From Hydrolagus colliei (lineage: Eukaryota): 64,000 nt of DNA. This document shows, piece by piece, positions 50,580-64,000 of the stretch. Where the stretch lies: assembly GCA_035084275.1 (NCBI GenBank), contig CM068745.1, positions 41,788,001 to 41,852,000 of the forward strand, given 5' to 3'. Under the pieces are notes generated by a model. That model was not told where the DNA came from. It made no database searches and saw only the letters and a program-made list of their open reading frames with translations. A program made the translations under genes and the position numbers. Numbering within the stretch: the stretch's first letter is position 1; each line of letters starts with the position of its first letter.

Positions 50580-52170
50580 CGCCTCAACCTTCAAGGTTCT
50601 GTCCTTGACTGGTTCAGGTTCTATCTCTCACACAGTTTTCACTTTGTCTCCGCCAATGGTTTCTCTTCCAGCCCCCGCACCGTCTTGTGTGGTGTTCCTC
50701 AGGGCTCTGTCCTCAGTCCCCTCCTCTTCAACCTCAACATTTTCCTCTTTGGTGGCATCATCTGCAGATATGGGGTACATTTCCACATCTCTCTGCCTCC
50801 ACCCTCAATTGCAGGACTACTGCTGTTCTGACAGATTATAGGTCAGACATCAAGTCCTGGATGAGAGACAACTTTCTACAGTTGAATGTCAGCAAAACTG
50901 AGGCCCTCCTGATCGGCTTGTGCCAGCACCTCCGCACCTCAGGCACAGGCAGCATCAGCATCCACAGACGCACACTCCACCTAACCAAGCCAGTCAGGAA
51001 CCTTGATGTCTTGTTTGACGATGAACTTTCCTTTCTCTCCCATATGCATTGCATGCCATGACCAGCACTGCCTTCCACCATTCTGTAATATTGCCCATCT
51101 CCGCCAATGCCTCATTCCCCAGGCTGCTGAAACCCTTCCATACGCATTTGGCACCTGAAGGCTCGACTAAGGCAACTCCCTCCTTGTCAGCCTTCCCAAC
51201 TCTTTCCTCCACAAGCTGAAAATCATCCAAAACTCTGCAGTTCACATCCTCTACCGCACCAGGCTCCGCAATCCCATCACTCCCACTTATGCCTGGCTCC
51301 ACCCGCCAGGCATAATTTTGTGACCCTGCGGCGAAGTAAGGACTGATACAATTGTTGTAGAATTAATATGCATGTTTATTAATTCAGGTTAGTAATAATT
51401 ATAAGAACTTAAAAGTATTCATCACAATAATGCTTACATATCGATGCATAGCTCACAATGATTTAAGTTGACCAAACCAAATGCTGTGGGAGATAGAGTA
51501 GCAAGGTACAATTTAATATCCAGATTAATCCAAATATAAGTCCATCAAATGGTATCCAGGTATTGTTGTACGATTTCTAGTTCGATTTCCAAGTACTATT
51601 GTACATCTAGAGTTGCTTCACTCATAGTCTTAATCTTCTCTTCTTCCGAAGCTGAAACATGGATTCGCGACTCCAAGTTCCAATTTCTCTTTTGACTTCC
51701 TCAATTTCTCCTATTCCTTCCTTCTTCCTTGAATCGATCTCTCTTTATTCAGTTGATTGTGTGACCTTTCACCCAAATCGCCAATATAATTTGAGATATT
51801 AATTAACGCATTCATTACAGAATTCTACACTATCAACCTGCCCGCTCTCTTCATTCAGCAGCCCGTCCTGCCCTACCATTGGTGACAGAGCTTTCAGCCT
51901 CCCTGCCCTCACGCTTTGGAACTCCATCCCACAATTCCTTCACCTTGCTCTCTCCCTTGCCTCCTTCAAGACCGGTCTCAAGACAGTCCTCTTCAATTGT
52001 GCCTTCACCTGCCACCCTATCTCTCTGCCCTCCCTCATCCCAACCCTGCCCCTCCCCCCCTCCCCCCCCCATCCCAAATGCTCCGGTCCTGATCCCTGAC
52101 TGTCCAGCGTCTTGGAATGTCATCCGACATGAAAGGCGCTCTACAAATGTCATTTTATTGTTGTTGTAAT
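50580..52170 (+). mobile_element. Old L2 fragment split by a ~0.5-kb AT-rich insertion (~51310-51830)
   Basis: DNFLQLNVSKTEALLIG motif before the insertion. The L2 3' end and tail resume after it. Confidence 0.8.
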
Positions 52171-53460
52171 TAAAGACTGGAACAGGTTTACCAGGAAAGG
52201 TGTTTGAGAACTTATTTCTAAAATTAGCTGCATTTTGTGATGAAGCAGTTTGCTGCTGTTATGGGTGAAATGGCAAGGAGGAAAGAAATCGGTTAATGAT
52301 ATTCCTTGCATTTGATGAAGCACGTTATCATGTTGTTAAGACATCTCAAAGCGCTTCACAGAATATACTGTAACTTGCTGTGTATTTTATTGGCAAAACG
52401 TGGAAGCCAACTTGATTATATGTTTTGTGGCCTGAAGTACCTTCTTCATCCGAATGAGTCTTGTGAACTTGTCACCTATTGATTTGGTGAATATCATCCT
52501 TTGAGTATGTATAGTGTGCTGTAACATAGTACAGTGTGCTCTAATGTCATAACATAGACAAGTGAGCAGCAACATGCTGTAGAGTGGTCAATGTACTTAC
52601 AAATCAATATCCAATTAATATTATAATTATTTTCAAAGTGATAACACATCAAACACATGAAATTGTGCTTGTTTCACTTCTATATGGCACACTCAAACTA
52701 TCTGACACACTCATACTGTGTGCCATGCTCACACTAACTAGCACACTAATATTATCTGGCACACTCACACCATGTGGCACACACAATATTATGTTTTGTG
52801 GATGTGGGTGGATAGGAGAGAATTATTGAGCCCAAGTCTTTCCAACTTTGTGAAATTCATGTGTCACCATTAATCAATGCGTAAGCTCAGTGTGCAAGTG
52901 AGGGAGTGTGGAGACATCACATGTGTCAGACTGCCAAAAGGCAAACAGAACCTTCCATTTACATTCAAATTGTACAGTCCTCTCTGTCACTCACAGTTAC
53001 ACACAGCAGTAATCACTATTAACCAATCATCACTGACTTCATGGCTGTTTGTTGGACATATCTGTGCACAATGTCGCTGCTCCGTTCATCCATATGAAAA
53101 CAAATCAGGCAGCGCTCTTGTCTCTGAGTTAGAAGGTTATGCATTCAAGTTCCACATTGGGATTTTGAGCTCACAGCCTATGTTGATATTCCACTGCAAT
53201 GCTGGGGTGTTCTGCTTTGTTAGACCACATTGTTCAGATGAGACATTAAACTGAAGTCCAGTCTTCCTGTTCAGGTGAATGTTAAAAACAGTATTCAAAA
53301 AGAGAAGGGAGCTCTCCTTTCTGGTATCTCAATACAGTACCTAGTTTTTCTTAACTCTGAGTGCTTACCTTTCTATATATTTCCTAAAAAGGAGCACTTT
53401 TGTTCCACCTCTGTCACACTGACCACCTCCGTCTGTACATCACAACCAATGCACGACCAG

Positions 53461-53793
53461 TGGAGTCCTGTAGCTCAGTGGTTAGAGAACTTGCCTTACA
53501 AGCTTGGGATCTGTGTTCGAATCCAGGTAGGTCAGGCCGAAACCTTGGGTAGTTTCTTTACTACAGATGCTTAATAATAATGCCTTAAAAAAAACACAAT
53601 AATAAAATTGATCATTTCAATCCATGACTGTTTGTGGGACACTGCTGTGCACAATTGACTGCCACCTTTTGCCCACCAATGTACAGTCAATTCACTTTAC
53701 AATATATTCGGTGAAGCACTTTGAGATGTCTAAAAGAGACGTGAACACTGCTATATCAAATGCAAGGATTATTATTATTATTATTATTATTAT
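53461..53793 (+). mobile_element. tRNA-derived SINE, same family, full length
   Basis: tggagtcctgtagctcagtggttagag head and (ATT)n tail. Confidence 0.88.
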
Positions 53794-55865
53794 GATTATC
53801 TGAAACCTTGACCAGGCCTTCGCTACTTCCTGGCAGGACTATTCCAATACTCTCTTCGTTGGTCTCCCTAGCTCCACCATAATTCAATTAATTCAAGTCT
53901 CCACTGCCCTATTACCCAACAGCAGAAACCTCCATACTCCAATCACACCTGTCCTGGCTCCCAATTACTGAACGGATCAATTTCAAGATTACAAATGTAA
54001 GAATTATAAGATCCTCTCATCATTTTCAAATCGCTTCATGCCCTCACATTTCCTTAGTCATGTTTGTTTGTGAATGGGTGTGTGTTTTGCGTGTATATCC
54101 ATGCATGTGTACATGTTGATGTGTGAGAACCTCTGCAAGTGCTGATGTTTGTGTGTCATAGAAAGATAGAATGGCCAGGTGTAGGCCATTTTCCCTTCGA
54201 GCCTTATCTGCCATTCTATACAATGATAGCTGATCTGTACCTCAAGTCCATTTACCCACCATTGCCCTGTATCCCTTAATACCTTGACCCAACAAATATT
54301 ATTTGTGTAGGTGCATATGTGTGTGTCCTTGTATTTATGTGAGTGTGTGGGACGGTAGGGGCATGGGGGAGAGATGAGGGATGGGGGTGAAGGGAACGAA
54401 ACAGTAAATGTGCCTAAGTCTTTCATCTTCTCACATTCATAACCTGACAGATGCTTTGCAAATTGAACCCTGCTTTAACAAAAATGAAAATTGCACTTAA
54501 TACACAAACCGACACCTTACTTGAAGTTGAATAAGTAATTATATCAATATGTGCAAGGAGGGAATATGTTACAACAATCTCCCGTCAAAGTTTGCAATTA
54601 AGCCACACTCTCTCTGCAGCAGACCACTCATTGACTGCCAGCGAAGCTGTCTTATCAAACTATAGTAAAATGTATTACCAGTCAAATGTGAATTACAAAT
54701 TTGCACCTTTTCTCCAGCTTTCATTGTGAGGTATCAACTTCCAGCTAATATCAGCGGGACTGCAGAGAGATCACATCCACCCTTTACAGATGAGTGACAT
54801 TTATGGACCCTCACAGCATCTTCTCGCTTCAAGGCCATTGTGACTGACAATTACTTGTAATACATTTAGAATTCCTTTCGATTTTCTTTAGTCTCTTTTT
54901 TCAAGCAGGATGCTTTTTGCGGTGTTTATTAAGTTGGTCCTTGTGTTTGCAAATATGTGAAGTGGGTCAATCCAACAGTGCTTTCCAACTGACTGTGTTG
55001 GGAGGACATCTCGATGTGCTTAACAATCCCTCCAACTCGCTTCCTTCCTCACCTCGTTCAAGGTCCATTTCTTTCACCATGCTTTCATTCATCTTCCCCC
55101 TCTCCTCTCTGTCCTCCTCCCAGCCCTTTTAGGGTCTTATTCTAAACTCGGCTGTCCAGCCAGCAATCAAGCACTTTTTGATGTCCTCCAACATGAAAGG
55201 AAGACACTTATTATAAATAATAATAATAATCCTTGCATTTGATTATTGCGCCTTATCACGTCTCCTGTAAAGTGATTTTGTCTGTATTTTGGCAGTTTGT
55301 GCACAGAAAGGCCACGTTTTGCCCATAACATAGACAGTTAATTCACTTTACAATATGTCTCTGAAGTGCTATGAGACATCTCGAAGATGTGATAAGGCAT
55401 TATATAAAATGTAAGAATTATTATTATTATTAATTATTATTGTTGTAGACCAGTCACGGTATCTACACATTATATATACACAGTCACTACACATTGAATT
55501 ATTTAATACCCATTATTATTCAATTACTAATTCTTATAAATAGTGTTTAAATATTCATAATAATTCTTATTAAATCTAATTCATAATAAGTATTCGAGAC
55601 AACACAGATCAGGCTGATGAGCACAATAAGTGAATGGGTTGTTTGGGTTGAATGATATTGTGGGGTTGGAGGGAAAGGACTGAGTGAGACCATGGAGGGA
55701 TTTAAACGCGAGAAGGAGGATCTTGAACTCGATCCGCTGGAGGTTGTCGCCTCAGGTGAGTTGAGTTTATCATTGTCTTTCTGTCTGATAAGAGAACCCT
55801 AGTTGTAAATGCTATTGAACACTAAGTTCTGAGCCATGGCGTAATGAGACCGAGTCACACTGTTG

Positions 55866-56157
55866 AATAATAATAATCCTTACATTTGATATAGTGTCTT
55901 ATCACATTGGTAAGACATCTCAAAGCCCTTCACAGAATATACTGTAAAGTGAAATGACTGTATATTTGTGGGCAAAATGCAGCAGCCAGTTGTGCACAGC
56001 AGTGTCCTACAAACAGTCGTGCATTGAAATGACCAATTTATTATAGATTTTTTTGACAGATTATTATTAGGCGTGTGGAATAAGGAAACTTGCACAAGGT
56101 TTTGCCTTGCCTGGATTCGAACACAGGTCTCATGCTTGTAAGGTGAGTGCTCTAACT
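55866..56157 (-). mobile_element. tRNA-derived SINE, same family
   Basis: Reverse-complement match to the family. Confidence 0.85.
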
Positions 56158-56454
56158 CCTCCCTTGGTTGGTACTGAGCAGCCAAGGAGACTGAAAGCTC
56201 CTAGAGACGCAAAACAAAGTAATTGGAACAGTGTAAAGCAAAAATAACATCTCTGACCCTATTCAGCAAGCTGGAAATGGCTGCTAATGGGATTGACTGT
56301 AAGCCAAATGCCCATCGTATTGCAGTGCATACGGGACAGTGGAAATCCCCTGCTTCATTTCCCTTCTGTTCAAAGCCCCACAGTTCACGAAAACTGAAAT
56401 GTGCGGAGTAATAAACCTTGCTTAAGATTTCACCCCATCCTGGAATCAAAGCAG

Positions 56455-56688
56455 GCTTTTCAGCCACTATGCCCCGAGGCTTTGGAATTCCCTCCCTCAC
56501 TACCTTCGTCTTGCCCCCTCTTTTCTCAGTTTCAGATCCCAGCTGAAGATCTTTCTCTTCGACCGCGCCTTTGGTCATCTTTCTACCCCTGCCCCTGGCT
56601 CGGTCCTGGGATCAACTATTGTGAAGCGCTCTGAGATGCTGTCCGGGGTGGAGGGCGCTATATAAATCGATGTTATTGTTGTTGTTGT
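56455..56688 (+). mobile_element. L2 3' fragment (second subfamily)
   Basis: Matches the 3' end of 33360-34025. Confidence 0.85.
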
Positions 56689-57884
56689 TTTCTCGCTTGT
56701 GAGGTGGTTGTGTTAACTATTACAGCACGGAACTCTCTATGGGATTCCCATGTACAAGCACATATGCACAAATAGACACACAGTGGAGCTATGCAAATTA
56801 AGTTCACTACAAAGCAAAGTGAAGGCCTCTTTTCCCTGCTCCCCACCCAATTCCCCCACCACCAGATCCCCTGAGAGATATTGAGGCAGAGCAAATGAAT
56901 CTCAGGGAATTGCTGTCACAGTCTCTTTCAATCTGCTTACTGAGCCATGTGAAACGATAAAGCAGCAGAAAGAAACACAAGCAGGGTCCAACCACAGGGA
57001 AATACTTTCCATTCAGAGACACTCCGTGGAGTGGACAACATTCTGAATGAAGGGCAAACTGCCTGGCCTCCTAGTAAGCAGTGACACATATCAGAACAGG
57101 CATTGTGTCACTACATATCAACAACCCAACAAAGCCTTTTGGAGAGATGCTCAGTGAGAGAATCATGGCCTTGCCCCTACCTCTGTGACCTCCTGACTCC
57201 CTACCAACCTGTCTGCTCCCTCCACTCACCGGGTTTTGGCCTGCTCCATGTCCCCCAACACCCCTGCCCCACCAGCAGCAGTGGGGCAGGGGTGTAATAA
57301 TTTGGTCACTCAATCAACTGTTTGCCGGACACCGCTGTGCGCTGTGTCTGCTGCATGTCGCCCATACCATCTACTTTACAATACATTCTGCGAAGCGCAT
57401 TGAGACATCTCAACAATGTGATAATGGAAGGATTATCAAATGCAAGGATTACTATTATAGCCTTTGCATGAGCGAGTTGGAGCCGAGATTTCATACTGAC
57501 TTTGGAAAATATACAGCTTGAAAAATACATGCGGGATAGTTAAAGATCTTTTGAAGTGGCCACATGCATTAGCTGGGGCTGTTAACAGATTTAATGGATG
57601 CACTCAGCAGCTTCTTTTGCTGGACTGTGTCATTATTGAATCTGCAAGGGACTGAAAGAGACAATCTTTCCCTAAAGAGTTCCTGGTTGAGAAAGTATTA
57701 TGCAGTCATCAGAATTAACAACATTTATACAGCACCTTTCACATCGGGAGGACATCCCAAGATGCTGAATAAGATCTTATTCTCCAAATAAGATCTTATT
57801 CTCTAAATAAGATAAATCTTTCACTTCACGGCTGTTGGTGGGACACTGCTTTAATTGGCTGCCGCGTTTGCCCACAAAATATAT

Positions 57885-58309
57885 GCTCCCCCATTACCCC
57901 AGTCCTTGCCAGATTTCACTGGCTCCCTGTCCCTGAGAGGATCGACTTCAAAATCCTCACCCTTGTTTTCAAGTCCCTCCACTCCTCTGCAACCCCCTAC
58001 CTCTCTGATCTCCTCTCTCCCCAAACCAGCACCCTCTGCCTTCGCTCCACCGGGTCTGGCTTCCTCCATGTCCACCGAATCCTCCACTCCACCCTCGGCG
58101 GCCGTGCCTTCAGCCAAGACTGGAACTACCTTCCTCACTCCCCTCGCCTTGTGCCCTCTCTTCCCAGTTTCAGGTTACAGTTCAAGACCTTTCTCTTTGA
58201 CCGCAGCTTTGGTCACCTTTCTATCCCTGCCCCTGGCTCAGTCCGAGATCTGCTATTGTGAAGCGCTCTGAGATGCCGTCCAGCATGGAGGGCGCTATAT
58301 AAATCGCAG

Positions 58310-58342
<33 letters not shown>
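57885..58342 (+). mobile_element. L2 3' fragment (second subfamily) with long (GTT)n tail
   Basis: Matches the 7920 and 33360 copies. Confidence 0.85.
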
Positions 58343-58343
<1 letters not shown>

Positions 58344-58431
58344 AGTCACCGCACTTTACAGTAAATCCTGTGAAACACTTTGAGGCATCATGTTGACATG
58401 AAAAACACTAAATCAAATGTAATTATTATCA

Positions 58432-58620
58432 TAAACACAAGAATTAGGAGCAGGAGTAGGCCATTCGGCCCCCCGAGCCTACCCTGCCATTCAATAAGAT
58501 CATGGCTGATCTTCTAATCTAACTCCACCTACCCGCCTTATCGCCATATCCCTTAATCCCCTGATCCACAAGAAATCTATCAATCTCAGTCTTGAATATG
58601 TTCAAGGACTGAGCATCTAC
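58432..58620 (-). mobile_element. CR1 3'-end fragment
   Basis: aggagcaggagtaggccattcggccc...aataagatcatggctgatc is the reverse complement of a fish-type CR1 3' UTR (recalled). A more decayed copy lies at ~54140-54300. Confidence 0.7.
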
Positions 58621-61015
58621 AACAAATACTTGCCTCTATATAGCATTATTCATGTAGTACCAGCACAGACACAATGAAGGAAGAGCAGGGGAATTAGATT
58701 GGAGAGCCTCAATGGTCATATTAACACTAAAAACAGCTTGTTGGCTCAAATGATCTCCATTTTGTCCACTATTGTTTATCATAGTATATTCATAAAAAAA
58801 ACACAGGTACAATCGTGCAGGTGAGTCAGTGATAATTATCACATCAAGCGCCCCTCATTTTCCAGCTCCCAGCTCCAATGTTTATTGTCAATAACGGACA
58901 ATTGAAATTAAGACATTAAAATTCAGGTTATATTAGGTCTGTGCGTGTGTCTGAATGTGTCTATCTGTGTGTGTATCTGACTGTCTGTATGTGTATGTGT
59001 CTGAGTGTGTGTCTTTGTGTGTGTGTCTGAGTGTGTGTGTTGCTGTATGTGTGAGCACCTGTGTGTTTGGAGGGTAAATAATGAGGTAGGCAGTTTTAAA
59101 TCTGGCTTTTAGCATTGTTGAGCACTCCAGCCTTCATTGGATTAATGGATTCCCATGACATTTATCTTCATGTTTTGTCCCCCACAAGAATTTACTGAGT
59201 TAGGCAGATGGCTGCAGCCAGAACTTGCACTGACAATTCATTCATACAGCCCAAGGAGAGATACTCAGCAAACCAGAGATTCAATTCCTTTCCCAAAGTG
59301 TGATTAAAACCCACCATTTGCCAAGTCTGACTTCACTTCGGAACACTCAGGCTCTGGTACTGTCAAACACAAATTCCATCCGCCTGCTTCATTAGCAAAG
59401 TGATTTTGGCTTTCTTCTTTGGACTGGTAACATGAATTATGTTTCTATCACATTTTAATCTAAGAATAACATGTGTTGAAAAGCTCTAAGGAGAATTGCG
59501 GTATGTGAGAACTTTCAGAGTGTGTTTTTCTTCTCTGATGCAATTGGCTGCCATCTTTTGCCTACAAAATGCACAATAAATCCACTTTACAGTATATTCT
59601 GTGAAGCGCTTTGAGACATCTCAACAACATGATATGGTGCTCTATCAAATACAAGGATTATTATTCTTATGATTGGTGCTAATCGTGTGCTGTTTCATAG
59701 CAAGTTCATCTTTTTAACTGAGAAATCAGGGGTTTCACTGTGCAGCATAGAGAAAGGGAAATCACTATGTCAGTGTGGTCAACCTGGCTCAGTTGGTAGT
59801 ACTCTCTTCTCTGAATCAGAAGGTGGTCATTTCAAACCCCACGTCGAGACTTTGAACTGGCAGTGCAAGTCAGGGTGGTCCAACTGGTGCCCTTGAGCTG
59901 CATCTGGCCAGGGGATCATTTAATCCGGCCAGTGAACCATTTCCAACTTCATTGTCCAAACAGCAAATAATAATAATCCTTGCATTTGATATGATGCTTT
60001 TCACATCTTCTACACATCTCAAAGCGCTTCACAGAATATACTGTAAAGTGAATTGACTATATATTTGTGGGCGATACACAGTGATGGAGAGCTGCCTGTT
60101 CGAATGGACATTGAAGATCCCATGGAATGATTCAAAAAGAGAAGCAAAATTTCTCCTGGTGTCCTGCACCAACAATTGGTCACTCTCCTCATGACTGTTT
60201 GTGCAATGTTGCTGTGTGCAAATTGGCTGTTGCATCCACCCACATAAAACACAATCACCAGACTTTACAGTAAATCCTGTGAAGCGTTTGAGGCATTCCA
60301 TCACTTTAATAATAATAATTCTTGCATTGAAATAGTCCCTTGACATGTCATTGAGACATGTCAAAGAGCTTCACAGAATATATCACAGAGTGAATTGATG
60401 CATATTTTGTGGCTAAAACTCAGCAGCCAATTGCGTATAACAGTGTCCCACAAACAGCATTGTCCCACAAACAGTTGTGGATTGAATGACAAAACTAATC
60501 ATTTATTTTGACAGATTATTACCCCGAGCAGTGATCCGCCAATCACCTAACAATCGGGTTCCTACTTACTGTTAGGTAAACAGAGGCATGTAGAGGAAGA
60601 AAACTCGCCTAATGTTTTGGCCTGCCAAGAATCAAAACTGGTTTCTCTCACTTGCGAGTGCTCTGACCAATATGTTACATATATACTGAAATAAATGGGC
60701 CAAATAATGAACAATAACCATTAATCATTACAACAACTGTAATTATTATAGCTAATTCCAACAATAATAATTTATAGTAATGGCCACTATAATTCTTGCA
60801 TAATTTGACAATGCAACTGCGTAACACTCATTTGTCTCTGAGCATTTCACAGCAATGACAAAATAAAAACAATTCTCTTCCATTTGTTGCAGCGCCTTTC
60901 ACATCGAGAGGTCCCAAAGCACTTCACAGGATTTACTGTAAGGCACAGTGACTGCATTGTGTATGAGAACACAGCAGCAAATTTGCATTCAAGAATGCCC
61001 TACAAACAGCCATAT

Positions 61016-61404
61016 AATAATAAATAATAATTCTTCCATTTGATATAGCGCTCTATCCCATGTCATTGCGATAACTCAAAGCGCTTCTAAGAATACTGTA
61101 TACTACAAAGTGGATTGACAGTATATTTAGTGGATGGAAAGCAGCACTCATGTGTACACAGTATTGTCCCAAAGTCGTGAATTGAGTGACCAAATTATTA
61201 TTTTTATTATTACCTTAATAAAGGCTTATTACCCTCAGAAAGTAATCCACCAATCAACCAACAACCAGGTTCCTACTTACTGTTAGGTAAACATAGACAG
61301 TTGGAGTAAGGAAACTTGCCTAAGGTTTTGCCCTGCCTGAAAATCAAACCTGGGTCCTCTCGCTCGCAAGATGAGCACTCTAAGCAATATGCTACAGGAT
61401 TCCA
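61016..61404 (-). mobile_element. tRNA-derived SINE, long variant with extra central module
   Basis: Contains caaccaggttcctacttactgttaggtaaac between head and body. The same module occurs at 28-60, 34770-34792, 47405-47435 and 60550-60585. Confidence 0.75.
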
Positions 61405-62039
61405 CAAAACTCGTGAATGTGAATCGAATGAACAATTTTATCTGGCCAGGACCTAGGTTAGTATCAAATACAAGGGTTATTATTATTATCAAAGTGTTGG
61501 CAGTTTTGACGGATTCTGGGTCAGGTTTCCTCTGATCTCCCTGTACATTTAACTTGGTATTCTGCTAATCAGCATTTTGATCCTATAATCTGGAAAATAA
61601 ATTTTATTTCTTACTTTTACCTTATTGCTTTATGTTGCATGTAGTAAGCTGTGACAAGAATCCTAAACCCTTGAGTGTGTGACTTTGATCCCTCTCAACA
61701 AGCTCTTGGTTTGTTAAGCAGTCAATGCCCAACTCGGTTTCTAAGCTCGAAATACTTCACATCAGAAGTTTCGATTTGATTCTCCGTGGAAACTCAAACC
61801 CAACATGATTTATTTTATACAGACTTGAGTCTGATCCCATGGCGCTATCTGAGAAGCCAAGGGAGTTCCTTTCCAGTGTCCTGGCCAACAATTCCCAAAT
61901 AAAACTGATGATTTATTCCATGGTTGTTTGTAGATATCTATGTGCAATTGGGCTATTGTATTCACCTACAAAATACAGTTACTGTACTTTACAGTATAAA
62001 TCTGCACCTATAGCAATAAATGAATCACAAGCTCTATCT

Positions 62040-62300
62040 CTTGAAGCCAGTCAAGAACCTGGTTGTCTTTTTGACACTGAACTGTCCTTCCTCCCCCACA
62101 TCCACACCATGACCAGCTCTGCCTTCCACCACCTCTATAATATTGCCGGACTCCACCTCACCCCTCAGGCTGCCAAAACCCTTGTCCATGCATTGGTCAC
62201 ATCAAGGCTCGATTATGGAAAATCCCTCATCTTCATTCTTGGCTCTTCCCTTCACAAGCTGCAGATCATCCAAAATTCTGCAGCTCATGTCCTCTCCCTC
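62040..62300 (+). mobile_element. Old L2 fragment followed by a SINE 3' part to ~62423
   Basis: TLVHALVTSRLDYG...LHKLQIIQNSAA. Confidence 0.75.
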
Positions 62301-62817
62301 ACTGAGCTCCATGTGTCACCCAAAAATATGCAGTCAATTCACTTTACAGTATATGCTGTGAAGCACTTTGAGATGTCTAGAAGATGTGAAAAGGCACTAT
62401 ATCAAATGCAATGATTATTATTAAAGTATTAGATGCAGTTTGGCGAGCAACAAGCTTGGGGACCCCAAAGTGTGGGTTGGGGTACACTTAGAGTCTAACC
62501 AGCTAAAACCTCATAGCTTGCCATCGATAGCTCAGTCAAGTTGCTTGTCCAGCTAGGAGTACCCTACATAAATCCCAGAACCCTGTGTAGCAAATACAGT
62601 CTTTTCGGTGGAATGAGAAAACCCAGTGGATTGCATTTTCCATGATGGATTGTGGATCTCGCTCTCCCAGCTTGCTCCACTTTCCCACACTCTCTCAGGT
62701 GTAATGAGGTGGGGGCGGGGGGGCGAAATGAAACAGAGCAAGACATTCAGGCTCCACACGGATGTTAAGTGCTCATGCGCTCTGCCACAAGGTGAAAGCT
62801 GTCAAGTGTCAGCATGG

Positions 62818-63205
62818 TGTCAGCCTGGCTCAGTTGGTAGCACTCTTGCTTCTGAGTCAGAAGGTTGTGGATTCAAATCTCATGTAGGATCTTTGAGCTC
62901 ACAGTCTATGCTGAGTATTTCATTGGGGAGTGGGGGAGTATTGCCTTGTTGTCCTTCGGGTGAGATGTTAAACCACAGTTCCATTTGTGCTTGTTCAGAT
63001 GGATGGTCAAGATCCCATGGTGCTACAATTCCCCTGATAGTGTTGGTCATTCACTTTACAGTTGTTTGCAGGACATTGTATGAAATGCTTTTGGTCATGT
63101 TTTCCTTCCCTCCACTTCCCATCCAGCTTGGGCACCCAGTTAGCCATGTAAAGAGCTTTGAGATGTCCTCCTAATGTGAAAGGTTCTGTATAAATGTAAA
63201 TTATA
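62818..63205 (+). mobile_element. Deu-domain SINE (SacSINE1/AmnSINE1-like), near full length, old
   Basis: tRNA-like head (tggctcagttgg, ggattcaaatc), central ttcgggtgagatgttaaacc...ggatggtcaagatcccatggtgcta matching the recalled Deu domain, and an L2-like tail. Partial copies at ~3420-3600, 23465-23810, 47690-47880, 53105-53340 and 59778-59850. Confidence 0.7.
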
Positions 63206-63454
63206 TTTTATTGACAGTAAATGCTTGTGAAACACTTTGAGATGATTTAATATTGTAGACACAAGATCCAAAGATCATAAGATGACAAGTATGATCTGAA
63301 TGAAGAAGGCTTTTTGGCCCTTACAAACTCATCCCTCAACCCGTTCTAGGCAATGGATTCCAGAAAAACTTCCTGGTTTCTGTCCTGTAATTGCACTGTA
63401 CAGCACAGTAGTAGGGGGCAGGGAGCCATCCCACTCCGCATCCTATTAACTCTG

Positions 63455-63790
63455 CAATAACAACAACAAAATTATATTTGTAGAGAGCCTTTTTCAGGAA
63501 GCGGACAGGACTTGAGGAAAGGGGATGCTTGATGGACAAACAAGATCTGCAGGTTCCTGACTAGTTTGGTGAGGTAGAGTGTGCATCCATGGATGCTGCC
63601 AATGCCTGAGGTGTGGAAGCGCTGGGACGAGCCAATCAGGAGGGCCTCAGTCTTGCTGACATTCAGCTGTAGAAGGTATTCTCTTATCCAGAACTTGAAA
63701 CTGACTGTTGTCCTGGAATCGAGGGCAAAGGCAAAGAGATAGAATTGGGTGTCATCCGGGTACATGTAGAATTTGACCCCATATCTGTGG
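63455..63790 (-). mobile_element. Old L2 fragment
   Basis: YMYPDDTQFYL...LQLNVSKTEALLIGS. Confidence 0.75.
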
Positions 63791-64000
63791 ATGATCAATC
63801 AATCAAACTTACATTTATCTAGTGCCTTTCACGTCGAGAGGACATCACAAGGTGATGTACAGTTAGGTAGGGACAAGAGCAGGTGGGGAGGGGTCGGAGC
63901 AGGATGAAGAAGAGTAGGAAAATTGTCTGTATATTTGTGGGTGAAACGCGGCAGCCAAATTGTGCACAGTAGTGTCCCACAAACAGTCATAGAAGTGGGA

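Noticed and set aside
55441-55604. TGTTGT...ACAACA segment as a solo LTR
   Set aside because: No target-site duplication, very AT-rich, and a single copy in the window.
7800-63800. Most listed ORFs of 60-200 aa as host genes
   Set aside because: They are antisense or shifted frames of L2, CR1 or SINE copies, or lack splice signals and recognisable motifs.
1-64000. CRISPR arrays, rRNA, prokaryotic operons
   Set aside because: No regularly spaced repeats or rRNA-like sequence, and the DNA is clearly eukaryotic with spliceosomal introns.

Overview
Repeat-rich vertebrate genomic DNA, most likely from a cartilaginous fish. This is inferred from the mix of L2 and CR1 LINEs, tRNA-derived SINEs, Deu-domain (SacSINE1-like) SINEs and a Penelope-type 3' fragment; a chimaera is plausible but unproven. 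One protein-coding gene can be reconstructed on the + strand: a CD200-receptor-like IgSF type I membrane receptor (copy B). Its exons are V 36231-36584, C2 37100-37369, TM 37909-38020 and cytoplasmic 38979-39006 and 40401-40487. All splice phases are compatible, the TM is uncharged, and the tail carries an ITIM-type IVYDSL overlapping an NxxY. A candidate non-coding first exon (~23.2 kb) and a candidate leader exon with a frame problem (24102-24225) lie upstream. Bases 1-10665 (copy A) are a partial tandem duplicate of ~20290-36624. Copy A keeps the promoter-like block and an intact V exon (10272-10625) but has no recognisable leader, C2, TM or tail exon. The two V exons differ almost only at amino-acid-changing sites. 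Copy A also carries a 1.7-kb inversion flanked by a 29-bp inverted duplication. Nearly all other listed ORFs are frames of LINE fragments. No host gene was recognised between 46 and 64 kb. There is one 280-N gap (7097-7376). All alignments and counts were done by eye.
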